DNA of 64,000 bases from Lepidodermella squamata. Lineage: Eukaryota; Animalia; Gastrotricha. The stretch lies in the NCBI GenBank assembly GCA_047495785.1, contig JBLDXI010000010.1, positions 434,001 to 498,000 of the forward strand, given 5' to 3'. The notes beneath the pieces were generated by a model, which saw only the letters and a program-made list of their open reading frames with translations, did no database searches and was not told where the DNA came from. The translations under genes were made by a program, and so were the position numbers. Below, in pieces: positions 36,141 to 49,251 of this stretch. The first letter of the stretch is position 1. The number at the start of each line of letters is the position of its first letter.

Positions 36141-38790
36141 CTAAATGTCAACATTTTTTGTCATCGTTTGAGAAAAAACCGTTGAGAACGTGCCGTGAAA
36201 AAAATAAAAGACAGGCATTTTCTGAATTTCTCGTTTTATTGATAAATTAATGATTGTCAACATTTCCATCATCTCCGCCACTTGACGCTTCAAGTCGTTG
36301 TTTACATATTTCCGTGACTGCGCAGAGGTCATGCTAGGGTAGAAATTAAGATAATCGGGTAATCGCAGTGTGACGAGTGCTTACCTGAAGAATAAGCAAA
36401 CCGCTCGTAGTGAACATGACGAGGTAGGACAGCGCTTGCTGCAACAGCGTTGTCGGGTCATTGTTAGCCTGCAAAATCGGCCCGTAGTGCATGGCGTGAA
36501 CTGACCCGGGCGCATGGTGAGAAACCGCGTCGCAGTACTCGGCACACAGCGACCAGTCTTGCTGCGTAGGCTGCGCGTGTTTATACACGAGCGTTGTCTA
36601 TAAGCATAACAAACACAACAATGTAATGTGACCTAGGTTGCTAGCTAGCTACTACTCAAACAATAGGTACACCTACCTTGTCGCAGAATCCTATGACGAT
36701 TTCTTTCCGCCGGTCGAAATTGATGTCGGCGACTAGCGAAGATAGCGGCACAGGCGCAGGGCCGCATGCCGACGGCGGCCGCGGCAGCTCGCTCACAGTT
36801 TCGACGACCAGCCCCCTATCCAGGTCCAATCTATTGAGTCAACAACAAATTGCGCAATCGTAAAAACCCGGCCAATAATAAATACCCGTAAACCAAACAC
36901 GGCTCGAGTGACGGGCATACTAGCATGTTTAAGGCGGCATTTGCGTGCTCTTCAAAGAGCTGAATCGACAAAACAGGGCCGAAGTGGAGGAGCAGTAGTG
37001 AAGACGTGACAGTGACCGTTTCCGATGCGCTGTTGATATCGACCAGAGTCACGACTACCGAGCCATCGCGGTAGCCGATGGCACTCACGCCTTGAGACCG
37101 GCTCGGGTCATTTGCGCCCGGTTTCATGTGGTAGCTAATCCAAGTAACCGGAGATCTGTTGAATAAACACGTCATGCAGTGCTATTACAAGGTGGATTGT
37201 TTTACGCTTCTGATGCGCCGTTTGACGACCTGACTTGATCGAGGTGGGGCTTGGCGAATTCAGGAAAAATCGCCGATAATTTTTCGTCTTCATCAGAAAC
37301 GCGAGTGAACAGAGGCACTTCTTCGGTGAATTCCTATAAAAAAATCAATAAAAAAAATAAAAAAGTCTCCAGCTGATTAGCAGGGGGATAGATACAGCGT
37401 GTTCCATAAGTGATGCAACCAAATAAAATGCTACTTAAAATCTACCAGAAAAAATTCGGTCCAACCGGGTAAAATACCGAAAATTACCGAACCGGGTTTT
37501 TATCTAGTGAATTTTAAATTTCTTCGATAAAATCATGGAAAATGAAAGAGGAATGCTTTTAGTAAGTTCAATTTCGGAAAAATATCGAGAAATTACGCAA
37601 TCAGGAAATAGTCGCGGAAATTATGGGACACGCTGTATTAGGAAAAAACATGCGAAAAAGCGGAATTTAAAAAGGTCAGGTTAGTGAGCAGTCCAATTTT
37701 GGGTGAAATAATTTTAGAAAATTCGATTAAAAATGCAAGCTTTATCTTACTTCCTCCTGGTTTTTTTAATTTTTTGAAAATTTTAAATTGAAAAATTTAA
37801 TTATTTTTAGGAATTTCTTTCCTAAAACTTACAAGTTTGGAAACGTGTGAAAACACGTGAATTTGGCCATCCGCGCCACCCAGTAGAAAGGTCGGCCTAT
37901 CAAAGGCCCTGTCCTCGCATAACGAGGTCAAATGAGACGGCAAAAAGTTGAGTGATTGCCGATAGACCAGGCGATTGCAAGCCGTCAGAAACTGCTGCTC
38001 GCCACTGTCTTCCTTATTCTCCAACCCACTCATGTAAATGTGAAAAAAATTCGAATCAGCCGTCGTAGGCGGCCCGGACTGGGTGATGGTGTGGCTTTCA
38101 GCTTTTGTAGGCGACGGCTTCGTCACGCCGGCTGGTGGCTGGTCATTCTCGGAAATACTGTCCGTAACCGAGTCCATCCGGCTCGGACTCACCGACATTG
38201 AATTCGAATTCTGTGAAACTAATAACTGCTGAGAGTTAGTCTGCGGCTCATTTCTCGGCGCATTTGAAGTTCGAGTTCGAATCAACGAGGCCGGGTCGAA
38301 AACGCGCTGAAATTTTAAAACTAATTTTTTTTCCGAATTTTCAGTCAGCAACCTACGCGGTTATTTGCAAAGGCTATTCCAATAAAAATTTGATGACCAG
38401 ATTTTCTTTGATAGATATGGATTGAAAAAACTTCGACTGATCCTGAAAAGGAATTTTTTTTTATAATAGTGGATTTTTTTCTAATTTTTTTTTCGTACGA
38501 TCTCTGTGAGCATTAGGCCCGATTTCAGTGAAAGAAATGTCTCGTAATTGCGGTCCCCAGGCCGTTTTCGATCCAGTTGCGTTGAATTTGTCATTCGGCT
38601 TCGTGAATTTAGCCAGCGTAAATTTGCCGTTCAAAGTGCCGTACAAAAACGCAGAACAGCCAGTTTTCGGCTCGATGACAAACGGCGAAAATAGGTAAAT
38701 ACTGCCCTGGGATGGCGTCGGAAGGGCGAATAACTGATGAAATTTCATCGCAGTGTTTTTGCTTTCCTGCTTGACGGCCTCTTCTTTCAT
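36141..38790 (-). CDS. KPTN: Kaptin (KICSTOR subunit), about 8 exons; first exons 38499-38790, 38357-38442, 37833-38306
   Basis: SQGSIY, ISFTEI..VEVFSIHIY..FIGIAF, FFHIY, LNFLP..FLLGGADGQIHVF, SAIGYRDG, FGPVLSIQLF, SLEPCLVY, LVADINFDRRKEIVIG, TTSGLLILQ occur in the order recalled for human KPTN. 3' end approximate. Confidence 0.8.
37395..37635. mobile_element. Tc1/mariner-type MITE in a KPTN intron
   Basis: TA|CAGCGTGTTCCATAA ... TTATGGGACACGCTG|TA: TIR with one mismatch and a TA target duplication. Confidence 0.8.
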
Positions 38791-39027
38791 GGTATTTAGC
38801 ATAAAATTAAATACCTATTCAAAAATTCATTCGAAAACTTCAAAATAAATTTAATTTTTGAAAAACTATTTATTTTCAAAAATTGAAATTTAATCGAGAA
38901 AATTGATTGGAAATCGCAACACCGGTCCTGCAATTTTGTTTCCTTTAAATTTACAAATTTTCGAGCAATAAATCGGGCAATGAAGTCGAAGTAAATCAAC
39001 AAATTTTAAATAATTTTGTTCTGTCAT

Positions 39028-39548
39028 TTAGTTGTCGATAACACCGATGTCTTCGTTCCAAAGTGATGGATTATTTTTGATGAATTTCGTCATCAAATCA
39101 ATCGATTCCTTGTCATTGATAACTACCACCTCAACACCGCGACTTCTCAGCAGTTCTTCCTCGCCTAGGAAGGTCTCATTTTCACCGACTACAACTCGTT
39201 TGATCCCATAGAGCAAAATCGCCCCGGTACACCTATTATTAAAGTTGATTCTGCTCATTGGATTTTTTTTCTCAAATTTTACATGGAGCATGGTGACAGT
39301 GTGGTGTATAGCGTGCAATTTGCGTAGACCGAAGCCGGCTGGCGGCCAGCTCGTTCCAAACAGTCCGTTTCCCCGTGTAAAACCGCGCTGCCCTGTTGAA
39401 CTCGCCGATTATGGCCGGAGCCGATCAATTTATTAGTTCCATTGTCAAACATTGCGGCTCCAATTGGAATACCACCCTCTTTCAAGCCAGTTTTAGCCTC
39501 TTCCAACGCGACCTGGTAGTTTTTCAAATCACTGTCCCTCAAAGTCAT
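39028..39548 (-). CDS. Cytosine deaminase of the yeast FCY1/bacterial zinc-dependent type (exons 39283-39548 and 39028-39232)
   Basis: EGGIPIG, GHNRRVQ, HGE, LYTTLSPCSM|CTGA, GEN..F and WNEDIG; removing a 50-nt GT-AG intron (39233-39282) restores the PCxxC zinc motif. Confidence 0.9.
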
Positions 39549-39906
39549 TATTGGTAAAAAAATTCTAAATTTCGAGTTTTGACATAAAAATAAATAAATT
39601 AAAATTTTTTGGCTAATTTTACCTGTCCTAATTCTGCCTGTAAGTCCAATACCCAATGATCTTGACCAGTTTGATAACAATAAGACAAAACAATACTAAA
39701 ACGTGGAAAAATCTCCGATTTTAATTGCGTATTTTTGATCAAAAAAATCACACAAAAGTACGATTAAATCGCAAATGGCTAGTCTATTGCTGAACATCAC
39801 AATAATATAACATTAATAAGTAACCATCATTAAACACGGTGTCGCGTGCATCAGATCAAAAAAAACTGATAGAAAAAAATGAGTCATAGTGATAGATTTA
39901 TTTGTT

Positions 39907-42900
39907 TCACAAATTTGGCGGCATCAATCGATCGAGTTGCTTCAAATAGTTGGCGTTGTAATTTTGCACCCGGCCGCGAAACACCGATGGCCCGATAAAT
40001 TGGCACAGACTGACGATGCAGTTCTCGCCGGCTACCAGCGCCATGTGCTGCTGGTCGACGCAGTAGAACAGCGGCTCGAGAAACGACTCCAAATGCGTTT
40101 TAAACGCCTGTTTGCCCAGCTTTTTCGCCAGTTCCGGCAGTTGCTTGCACAGGGTAGACAACAGCACCGAGTGTTGCGAGTAGTCGCGGCGGGATGTCGC
40201 GGTTACGACGTGTTCGACGGCTTTTCCGACGTCGGCCGGCGTGAGAAGGTCGCAGATTTCGACGAAGAGGCAAATCGCGCCGTCTGTGAACTCCCACGGC
40301 TCGGCGGCTCGGCAAAACCGCCGCAGGTGGGTATTACAAGCGTCGCCGTCTTGATCACCCCTGATTGCCTAAAAATTAGACCACAACATCATTTTATGGA
40401 AAAAGAGTCAACAACTTTCCATTTCAATCTCAAGAATCTATCAGTGCGAATTTGTGAATTTTCCTCAAGTTGTCATCAAATTTGATTTTTTTAATTTACG
40501 TCAATTTTCGGTTGAATCGTTGATGGAGATTCACACTTTTCAAAGAAATAAATCCAACTCGCTAGGGCTGTTCCCTAAACTTGTCAGCATCCCACGAGCC
40601 TTGCTAAAAAAATTAACCATTCCTTATTTGAATGATTGATTGAAGCTTTGATTGATATTTTTTTGCATGAATTATTTTCTAGCCGGATTGCTTTTCGGAG
40701 CTGCCCTTACGGCTGCAGCTTCCAGCGCTTACCACGTAATATCGCGATATCGCGATCGCCGGGACCTGATGAAAACGCCGTGGAATTGGGACTCGATATC
40801 AAACGACTGACGAAGCTTCTGATGGCCCCGCGTACCACACGCAACAGGCCTATAAGCTGAGGAAGATGATGGAGGCTGACCCTGAATTTTACGAGGAACT
40901 TTATCGCATTGTGAACATATGGAATCGTTTACCGCCTCATATTTTCGACTTCGATGATAATCTGCCTCTTACTTCGAAGAATGCTTTATTTAAAAACAAT
41001 CTTGATCGTGTGAACTTATTGCAATACTGCGAAGGAAACTTGATATCAAAAAATAGTATGCTATTCCGATTAACGATGAGCTTAGTTGACGAAGTTCGTC
41101 GCCTTATTAAGCATGTTATCAAGAAAAATGACACTGTCGTCGTAAAGGCGAAGGAATGTTGTGGAGATCTGCAGACATTCATCGACAGTTATCTGAGCAA
41201 AGTGGAAGAGGCGAGTGATAAGTTAGATGAGTGGGTCGTTTTCAACTGGTTTTGGTGTTGTAGGAGGAGAAGCAGATATATTCACACCCCGAGATCGAGT
41301 CAACAGCGATGACGGCAAATTTAAGGCAATTTTGAGTAAATTTTGAGTCTTTATAGTTGCGCTGCTTCATTTAGTTATAACAAAGCGGTTGCTCGCCGAA
41401 CGCAATTGGGCTGCAAAGCCTTTATGCATTTCACCTTGGTCGTGGCTGCACATGACTGTTTTGTCGCCATTCGCAAGGGTCCTCAGCCCCACAACCACGG
41501 TGACGATGTCAACAAACAGGGAAGCGTGATGCGCTGTCTTCGACACGATGAAGAAACTCTCAGGGCCGTTGAAGATTTCGCCAACACGAAACTATCTGCC
41601 GTTGAGGTTTCGATGAAGTCGTGTCTAACAGCCCTAAAGCGGAAACTTTCCTAGGCGGATCGTCGCATATGCCCAGACCAGGTCGACGTCTACAACTGCC
41701 GCAGCAGTCAGTTTTACTAGATTATTTATTGTTTTCAATTAAATTTAGATAGCACAAGGTCGAGTTCAGTAGCGTTGAAATGTTGGTCGCTGAGGACCAA
41801 AAGAAGCCCCAAGAAGAGCAGCAAATAATTCATTATACCTCCGGCGATTCACCCACGGGCTTTGTCCTGGGTGTAATGACTCCGTTGCAACAGGCGCTCG
41901 TGGCTTCTAACGAGATCCATGAAGTTGGCTATCTTGACGCTACCTTACTAAGACGTTACTAAGCATGATTACGCCCTAAATGCGAAGTCCAGAAGAGTGT
42001 GGAGAAGGTTTCTGTCTAGGCACACTGCTTTCTATGCTAACTTTTACCCCAGGCAACACTACATTTAGATTTACTGCATGGAAAGCGGCTGCTTTCTAAG
42101 CGCACTTCTCCTCCCGAAAAATCAAACGGATCAAAGACAACCAAAAAGTCTTTTTCAACATTTCGAGTATTGCTCGAATGCCAGATTCCTGCCAAATCTC
42201 GCCTATTTTTGTTAACTCTTTCTACCCCTTTCTTCTTCTTCCAGTTACTCGTGAAATGACTTACTCGAAGCTCGAATAAGTAAAATTCCACCTCGGAACA
42301 AAGTTAAATCACACTTAAGGGAAGCCGAGTAGCCTGGGTATTGAGGTCTCTCGAAGGTGGCGGTTCGAAGCCTCATCGATGGTGTCAACAAGATTTTGTC
42401 GATTTGGCGAAAAATCACGAATCTATTCCCGAAACTGATCATAAGGCTGCGTCGTAAAACCGCGCGTTGGCAATCAAAGACAAGAATTTCCAATCGTTTT
42501 TGCTACCAAGAAATTGCCTAGCATTGCTGAACACGGCGGCCCTCTGCATATTGACGGGACCTACTAACTTTTCTACTTTTTTACTACTGCATTATTGACC
42601 TGTATGTAGCGTGTTACATATCTTGATATGCGTGTACTCGAAGAAATAACCAAAGCTAGCGCCCCGGTTATCGTTTCTGAAAAATCGCAAATCAATTGAA
42701 AATGCATTTGCGCGGGAGTTTGTGAAAGGCAAATCCGGAATCCGGAAGGAAAAGCTTTCACTCGATTACCTTGTTGAAACAAGGAGAATCTGTCCGCGAA
42801 TTTGAGTCCAAATTTTTGATCAACGAAGAGAGAACCAGCTGCCAACTTTACTCGAAGCCGCGAAACGTAGAAGAGGCCGAGAGTGATGACGCGAGGTACA

Positions 42901-45900
42901 TTCAGATGTTGTGAGTTGAAAGTACTGATTACAAAATTTTGCAACTCTCACCTTCATTGCACTAAAAACAGCTGCTGCTGTCACGGTAAAGAGCCCGATG
43001 CGAAATGCCCACGATTGCAGCTCGGCTGCAAAGCTTATTATTCGTTTAAAGCGGGAAAAAGGAAGTCACTGAAGTTGTCCTTGAGACATCGGATAAGGAA
43101 AACACTTTTCACCCTGAGGCTGTATCAGTTGTATCTGGTAAAACTTCGGATGACTACATCGATTTACTGAGCACAGTTAAAACGAGTTATGAACGTGTTT
43201 TTGGTACATTTTAGCATTTTTATTTTCATCACCGGTACCGTGGCCGAAGCAACCCGCCGCGTCGCCAAAATAACTTCAATTTTTATTTTTATCTCCCGAT
43301 CAACCTTTGACGAATTGCGACAATTAAAGTATGACCAATATTTTTTTTGCCTCGCATTTTTTCAATAACTTCGTGACCATGAGGAATTTTTTGGAGCGGT
43401 TTTCACCATTTGATAAATCAGGTCTTCGGTAAACTTTCCTCAAATTTTCGTCAAAATTGGTTCAGAGCGAAGAAATTGGTGACAAAAATGCCGTTTGCGG
43501 TTTCAATTAAGAATTCTCATTTTTGAAAAATGGCATTTTTGCGTCCAATATGGCAAGAGCTGATCATCACTCTTCCCTGAGGATTTGAGCCGTTTGAGAG
43601 ATGGCCTGTGACTAATCGGAGTCACCGATTCCAAAAAAGAAATCATACGACTGTCCGAAACTTGCGGCATCACCAGGTTGGCACAGACCACTCAAAAAAA
43701 TTCAAAAAGCCATTTCGGATCGCTGTTGGTGGATAAGAACTTTTCTGTGGGTGTCAAGATGAATTTCTCTGTTGGAGACGTGTTATTGATCTAATTCCCA
43801 ACGAAGAAAAAGACCGAATAAAGCTTTTCCACAGGATGATGCCGCCAAACCAAAAAACCTGAAAAATGCCATTTTTCAAAAATGAGAATTCTTAATTGAA
43901 ACCGCAAACGGCATTTTTGTCACCAATTTCTTCGCTCTGAACCAATTTTGACGAAAATTTGAGGAAAGTTTACCGAAGACCTGATTTATCAAATGGTGAA
44001 AACCGCTCCAAAAAATTCCTCATGGTCACGAAGTTATTGAAAAAATGCGAGGCAAAAAAAATATTGGTCATACTTTAAAACGTTTTCGGTTTGCTACGTT
44101 TACTCAGCTTTTTGCTACAATACCTCGGATTTGCTACGTAACACCGGGTGGTGCTTCATTCAATTATGAAATATACCCAACGAAGCTCCGAGATTTAGCT
44201 CCGAGCTCCGACTCTTTTTCATTCATTTTACAACGATTTCTATGGCTGTGTTACTCATATATATTTTTTAAAACTTACAAAAACATCTTTATTGACGAAT
44301 CGATGAGCTTCATCCGGCTGGTCCTTCACAGCTTGCAGGCCTTGAAACAGGTATTTCTCGACAACAAGCGTCAAAACTTCGCCCTTGTAGGTCCGACAGA
44401 CCGCGGCTAATGCCACAGCAGCCCCAGCTCGAACCGACGGTATGTTATCCCGCAAATTCTCCGCCATCAACTCGACAATTTTATGAACATGCGGCTGCGA
44501 TTCGCTGGGGAAATTCGCCACAAATTTGCCACAAGCCTGGCACGCGCCGTCTCGAACAGGCCAACTGTCGTCGGAAAAACACACGATCAGAGTCTCGAGT
44601 AGGCGAGAAACATGGCTTGACACGACTTCTCGGTTCATTTTCACCGCTAATTCAGCGATACAGCTGATCGATGCCTCGCGTACAGCGTGATTCTTCGCCT
44701 CGCACTGTTCGACGTAGAAATCGACAACGGCTGGTAGGAATTTTTCGACCAGAGATTTTCCCTCGCCTTTCGTCACCAATTTCCACGTTTCTTGCGAGTA
44801 GTTACGCACGCCTTCGGCTAAATGATAGCGATTTAGGCAGAGGGGCGGGAGAAGGATCGGGTAGAATTCGAGTCGATCTGCTTCGTTTGGCAGTGACTGG
44901 AAGAAATTGCGAGACGCGACGCAGGCGGCCATTCGAACGTGACTCCAATTATCAGAGAGGCCAATCCGCAATTTCGGCACGATTTTACTCCGCAAGTCAG
45001 CTTGATGACCTAAAATTAGAAATTTCGATAATATAGCGTGAAAATCTTACTAATTTCAAATTTTACAAAATTATTCAAATTATTCCGAGTTGAAAATTTG
45101 AGATTTTAATTTTCAATCGGCAGTATCAAACATTTTGCGAACTAAATGTTTCAGGTCTACCAATACTGCCCACAATTTACTGAACAGGCAACTTTTACGA
45201 CGATCTGGCGAGGTACAGTGGAACCTATCGCTGCAAGTGCTCTCGGCAGCCGTTGTGCGGGGTGAGCTGCGGCTGCTTTATCCGCTGTTAACCGGATCAG
45301 TGGCAGAGCAGTCGAGTTTTCAGAAAATCTCCGTCCTAATATTTATTGGTTTCGCAACCCTTAGCATCTGCCAGAGAGCGAAGTACCGCATGGGATAGGA
45401 TATCAATCCCATCTCGGTCCATGCGGTGTATAAAACCAAATACCAAAGGTGTTGCTTTTCATTGCTGACGTTACTTGTCACTTTTCGAATTTACCCGATA
45501 CTCATAATCATAGAATGAGAACTGACATTTCGCAGACTTTGAAGGTACTAGCCAAAAACGGATCACTTTTGCAATACATGGGTGACAACTGGGAGCTTGA
45601 AATGGCGAAAGGATTGTATGGTCGAGATATTAGTGTTTATGAGCGAAAGCACAATGTTGTTATTCGCAAAGATTGGACACTGGAGGAAATTCAACGTAAG
45701 GCGATGGGGAGAGGCTTTGAGGAAAACGTATACTACACGTTCCGAAGCCCGGAGGCGCATGACGATGAGTTGAAGGTGGCCCTTCAACCGTCAAAGCATA
45801 GGCTCAAGTATTTGCCGCGTTATTCACCGCATTCGCAATGGAGGTGCAAAATGCCACTTATGAGGTTATAGAGCAGCATCAAGGATTTCGCTATGAACTA

Positions 45901-48900
45901 CAAAAGCTTTCGCCGATTACGATCAGCATCAGCATCAGGCAGAGCAGCTAATGAAAGCCAACGATGACGTGGAAGAGATAGTTACAAAATTCAGCAGTGT
46001 TAGCAAACAAACTAAACAAGGGAAGCCTCCCACCGGAGGTTAAATACTCTCATATTTCATCTGTGACTCAAGTTCTCAACTACGTTGGTCCAGCAATTTC
46101 TGTAGGTCATCATTTCGTCAACTTCAAGGAAATGGAGACATCCCTCAAATCTGTTGCCGAACTCAATCTTTTCAGCATGATCATGCCTCAGAGCATCAAA
46201 ACGTAGGCTTGTAACAAAGTTGAAGTTATTGCTTGCATTTTCACTACATACTGACGCCTAATCCGTGAGTTTTTCAGACGTCAATTCTGCTTTAAATTGT
46301 TTTAGAGACGCTGAAAGCTTTAAAAATTATCTCAAGGTCTTCAAACAAATTATTATTGAGGCTGGCTTAGCCGTCGAGTTGGAGTATATCAATTCTATTA
46401 CCCCGTCGAGTCTCCCACCGCATATTTTACGGCTGAAAATTGGTGAGCTCCGATACTTCTACTCCGCATCTTGGATCCTAAAACCGGTCCTTGCAACGAC
46501 GATTCTGACGAATCTTAACAGTCGCCACGAGCTTTCAGTCGCGCAACAGCTTCCAACAACAGCGCAACCGCTTCTAGTCGCGCAGCTAGGCTGTTTGACA
46601 CATCAGATGACAGCCTCTCGGACATCATCGTGACTAATTATAATAATCAGCTTATTAACTGTTCTTTGCCTCATCTACAGTTACCTATCAATCACAGCAG
46701 CCTGTAGTTCGAGGTACTTCTAGTGACCCAACGAGACCGCTTGAATCATCCGACGACAGTCTGCCGGACATCATCGAAAAGCCGTCGACTCCCAGACGCG
46801 AAGCCAGAACACGTAAGTCTAATGTGAAAATCGGTCAAAATGATTGACCACGCCAGCACAGCATAGAATACCGAAACACATGGCGACCGATATGCTGCAA
46901 TGCGGCCTGGCTCATGGCTACGCGATGCGACCAGGATTCTCGAATCTGTTGTCGTCGAATGAGTTGACTGGAGTGGTTGGCGCTTACGTGAACGGGACTA
47001 ATTTCGCGTTCCTGCAATTGGCGTACCGTTGGGCTCGATGCGTGACCTGAAGCGGCGGTCATCCAGGAATTTGCAGCGTCCTTCAGGAAGCGGGTCAGCA
47101 GCAGCGCCAAAAACGACCGACGGGGTGAGAGATACTGTACCAAGTGCCGGAAGAACACGCACGCGACACCGGAGTGCTGGGGACCGAAGCGGCAATCAAT
47201 GAAGCCGGAACGAGGGCAGGACATGGCGAATACAATGACGGCAATCATGGCTACGGTGCCAGCTATCAAGCAAGCGATGCAAGGTCGCCGTTGAAGATGA
47301 ACAGTTTCCCCTTTCATTTCATTCATTTTCTTTCATTTTATATTTATTCTGTGATTTATGTGCCGACCATGGTTACGACGTTCAAGTCCCCGCCGTTTTC
47401 GAAGCGTTCTATCGGGCCCATCGTGGGCATCAACGGTCAAGTCGTCATTCACTACGCTTAACCCTCCCGCGCTGTTCGAATCGGCCCGCTCACCGACGAT
47501 CCACAACTACGTTGCCTCAAGGCACTACGAAAGAACGGCGTGTTCAAGAAAAGCGACAAGGGCTCCGCGATGGTCTACATGAAGAAGGAAGCGTACGGGA
47601 AAAAGGCACTCAAGCACCTCTCGGCCGCCAACTACGTACACGCCGGGCTCGCTGCCATGAAGGCTCTAGTGGACCGAGTCAACGCCACCGGCTCAGTGCG
47701 CGCTATTGCGCGGCCGCGACCTCGAGCCTACACGCGACAGGCATATTTACTTTTTACTTTGACAGGCTGTAGTGGACATCAACTGCGCTCAAGTGAAGGG
47801 GTTCGATGTTTGACTTCCCTACATTTTTTGATATTTAGATCTACGAAGGCAAAGACTTAACTGAGTGGGTGTTGACTAATATCACTCCAAGTCAGCCGCC
47901 CAATTGGGTGGCACGCGAAATCGCTGAGGGTTTTCTGGGCGTACAGAAACTGAAGACTCACTAATGATTTTCTTGATTTTTCTCTCTGCTTGATTTTCGC
48001 TCGGCCTTACTCTTTTACTTGCTCTGTACTTTTGTCATTACTTTGTAATAAGACGTTGATTGAGTAATAACTGCGTCAAGTATCGCAAATAAAAATTTAT
48101 AAAAAATTTCATAATAATTCATCAACTGGTGAACATCACGCTGAAAAATCAATATGTATTTAATGCGCAAGTGATAAATGCGCAAGTGAGGGTAATTCCT
48201 AAGCAAGAGTGGCTCGAGCGTGTCGACCGTTATTAAATTGAGCATAGGTATATTAAGCTAACTAATTTTACCTGAAGATTGACCACCATTAGCCTGCGAG
48301 TGGTTTCCATTGCCATTCGATAGCCCAGAACTGATGACTTGCGGATCCGTGAACGACGCCAAAATGTGAAACCCAGTCTCGCGAACGTAGCGATCGCGGT
48401 GATTCAGCGTTTCAAAAAGCAACTCCAAGAACGAATCGTCGATAAATTTCTGAAATTTATACATCCCCAGCCCATCGACAATGCAATGCAGACATTTCAG
48501 CCAGATTTCAAGCGCTTTCCACCTATCGAGTTCCCGCGACATTCGCCGCATAGTATCAGCGTCATTACCCGGCGAGTGAGGTCTGGCTAGACCGTTATCG
48601 CCATCGACACACCCGTCGCTGTAATCACGAGTCGGAGATGGGGAGGCGCATCGCCTTTGCCGGCGATTATTCGCTTCGGTTGTATCGTCATTTTCGGATA
48701 AATCGCTGTTCGAAGTCAAGGAATCTCTGATATTGCCGAGAACGACGTCCTTCCGTCTTTCGAACAGATCGGAACCCATTTTAGCCGCTAAAGCCCCGAT
48801 AACTTCAGCTGAAAATCAGAAAAAATTCAAGGTAAAAAATTCCAGCTTAATTAATTTTAAATTCTAAATTATTGTTTTTAAAAATTATTTAAATTGATTT

Positions 48901-49251
48901 TTTTGGAATTTTAGCTGAATAAATCGAATTTTATTTACCGGACAAATCTCGGACGCGGTATTCCTTATCAGCCATTAACCGGAAACAGGCGTCTTCACAC
49001 GAGGCTGCGAAATCTTCGGGTAATTTGTGGAACGCTGAACTAATCAAAATTTTAGCGACACTCAACGAGCCGTGTTCAACCTCCCATTGCGTATTTGCAG
49101 TATTAGAAATATTGCTTAGAACAAACTCGCAAGTTTGAGCAATATCAGATGAAGACAGCGACGGTAGGGCGGCTTCAAAAGCGGTTAAACCTTTCTCCCG
49201 GTCAAGCTTAGCCTTGCTGGTCAACTGCTTCAGAATATTAGCTAAATCCAT
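39907..49251 (-). CDS. HEAT/ARM-repeat protein of unknown function; exons 48939-49251, 48272-48808, 44279-45009, 39907-40368
   Basis: Repeated HEAT signatures (DKEYRVR, HRDRYVRE, DNWSHVR, NHAVREA, DDSWPVRD, DNIPSVR); all three introns are GT-AG and in frame. Confidence 0.85.
40860..43170 (+). mobile_element. Mutator-like (MULE) transposase fossils
   Basis: LGCKA..HNH zinc motif (WRKY/GCM1-like), GFVLGVMTPLQ..YLDAT and LHIDGTY first-Asp motifs; many stops; probably more than one element. Confidence 0.65.
43328..44074. mobile_element. Young non-autonomous Kolobok-like element with about 213-bp TIRs
   Basis: 43328-43540 reads as the reverse complement of 43862-44074 with no mismatch seen; TTAA on both sides; AG..CT termini. 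Confidence 0.9.
45500..46460 (+). mobile_element. Helitron-like fossil (OTU-like fragment plus PIF1 helicase fragment)
   Basis: EYINSITPSSLPPHILRLKIG matches the Helitron helicase EFLNSxxPSGLPPHxLxLKxG motif; upstream GDNWELEMAKGLYGRDISVY resembles an OTU protease segment. Confidence 0.6.
47540..47650 (+). mobile_element. Penelope-like reverse transcriptase N-terminal fragment
   Basis: KKSDKGSAMVYMKKEAYGKKALKHLSAANY contains the DKG motif followed by Y..K..HL..Y, typical of PLE reverse transcriptases. Confidence 0.5.

Noticed and set aside
39028-39548. ADAT2/TadA tRNA deaminase, or bacterial contamination
   Set aside because: HGE, TLSPC and the WNEDIG lid fit the FCY1 type rather than TadA (HAE, TLEPC); the gene has a spliceosomal intron and animal neighbours.
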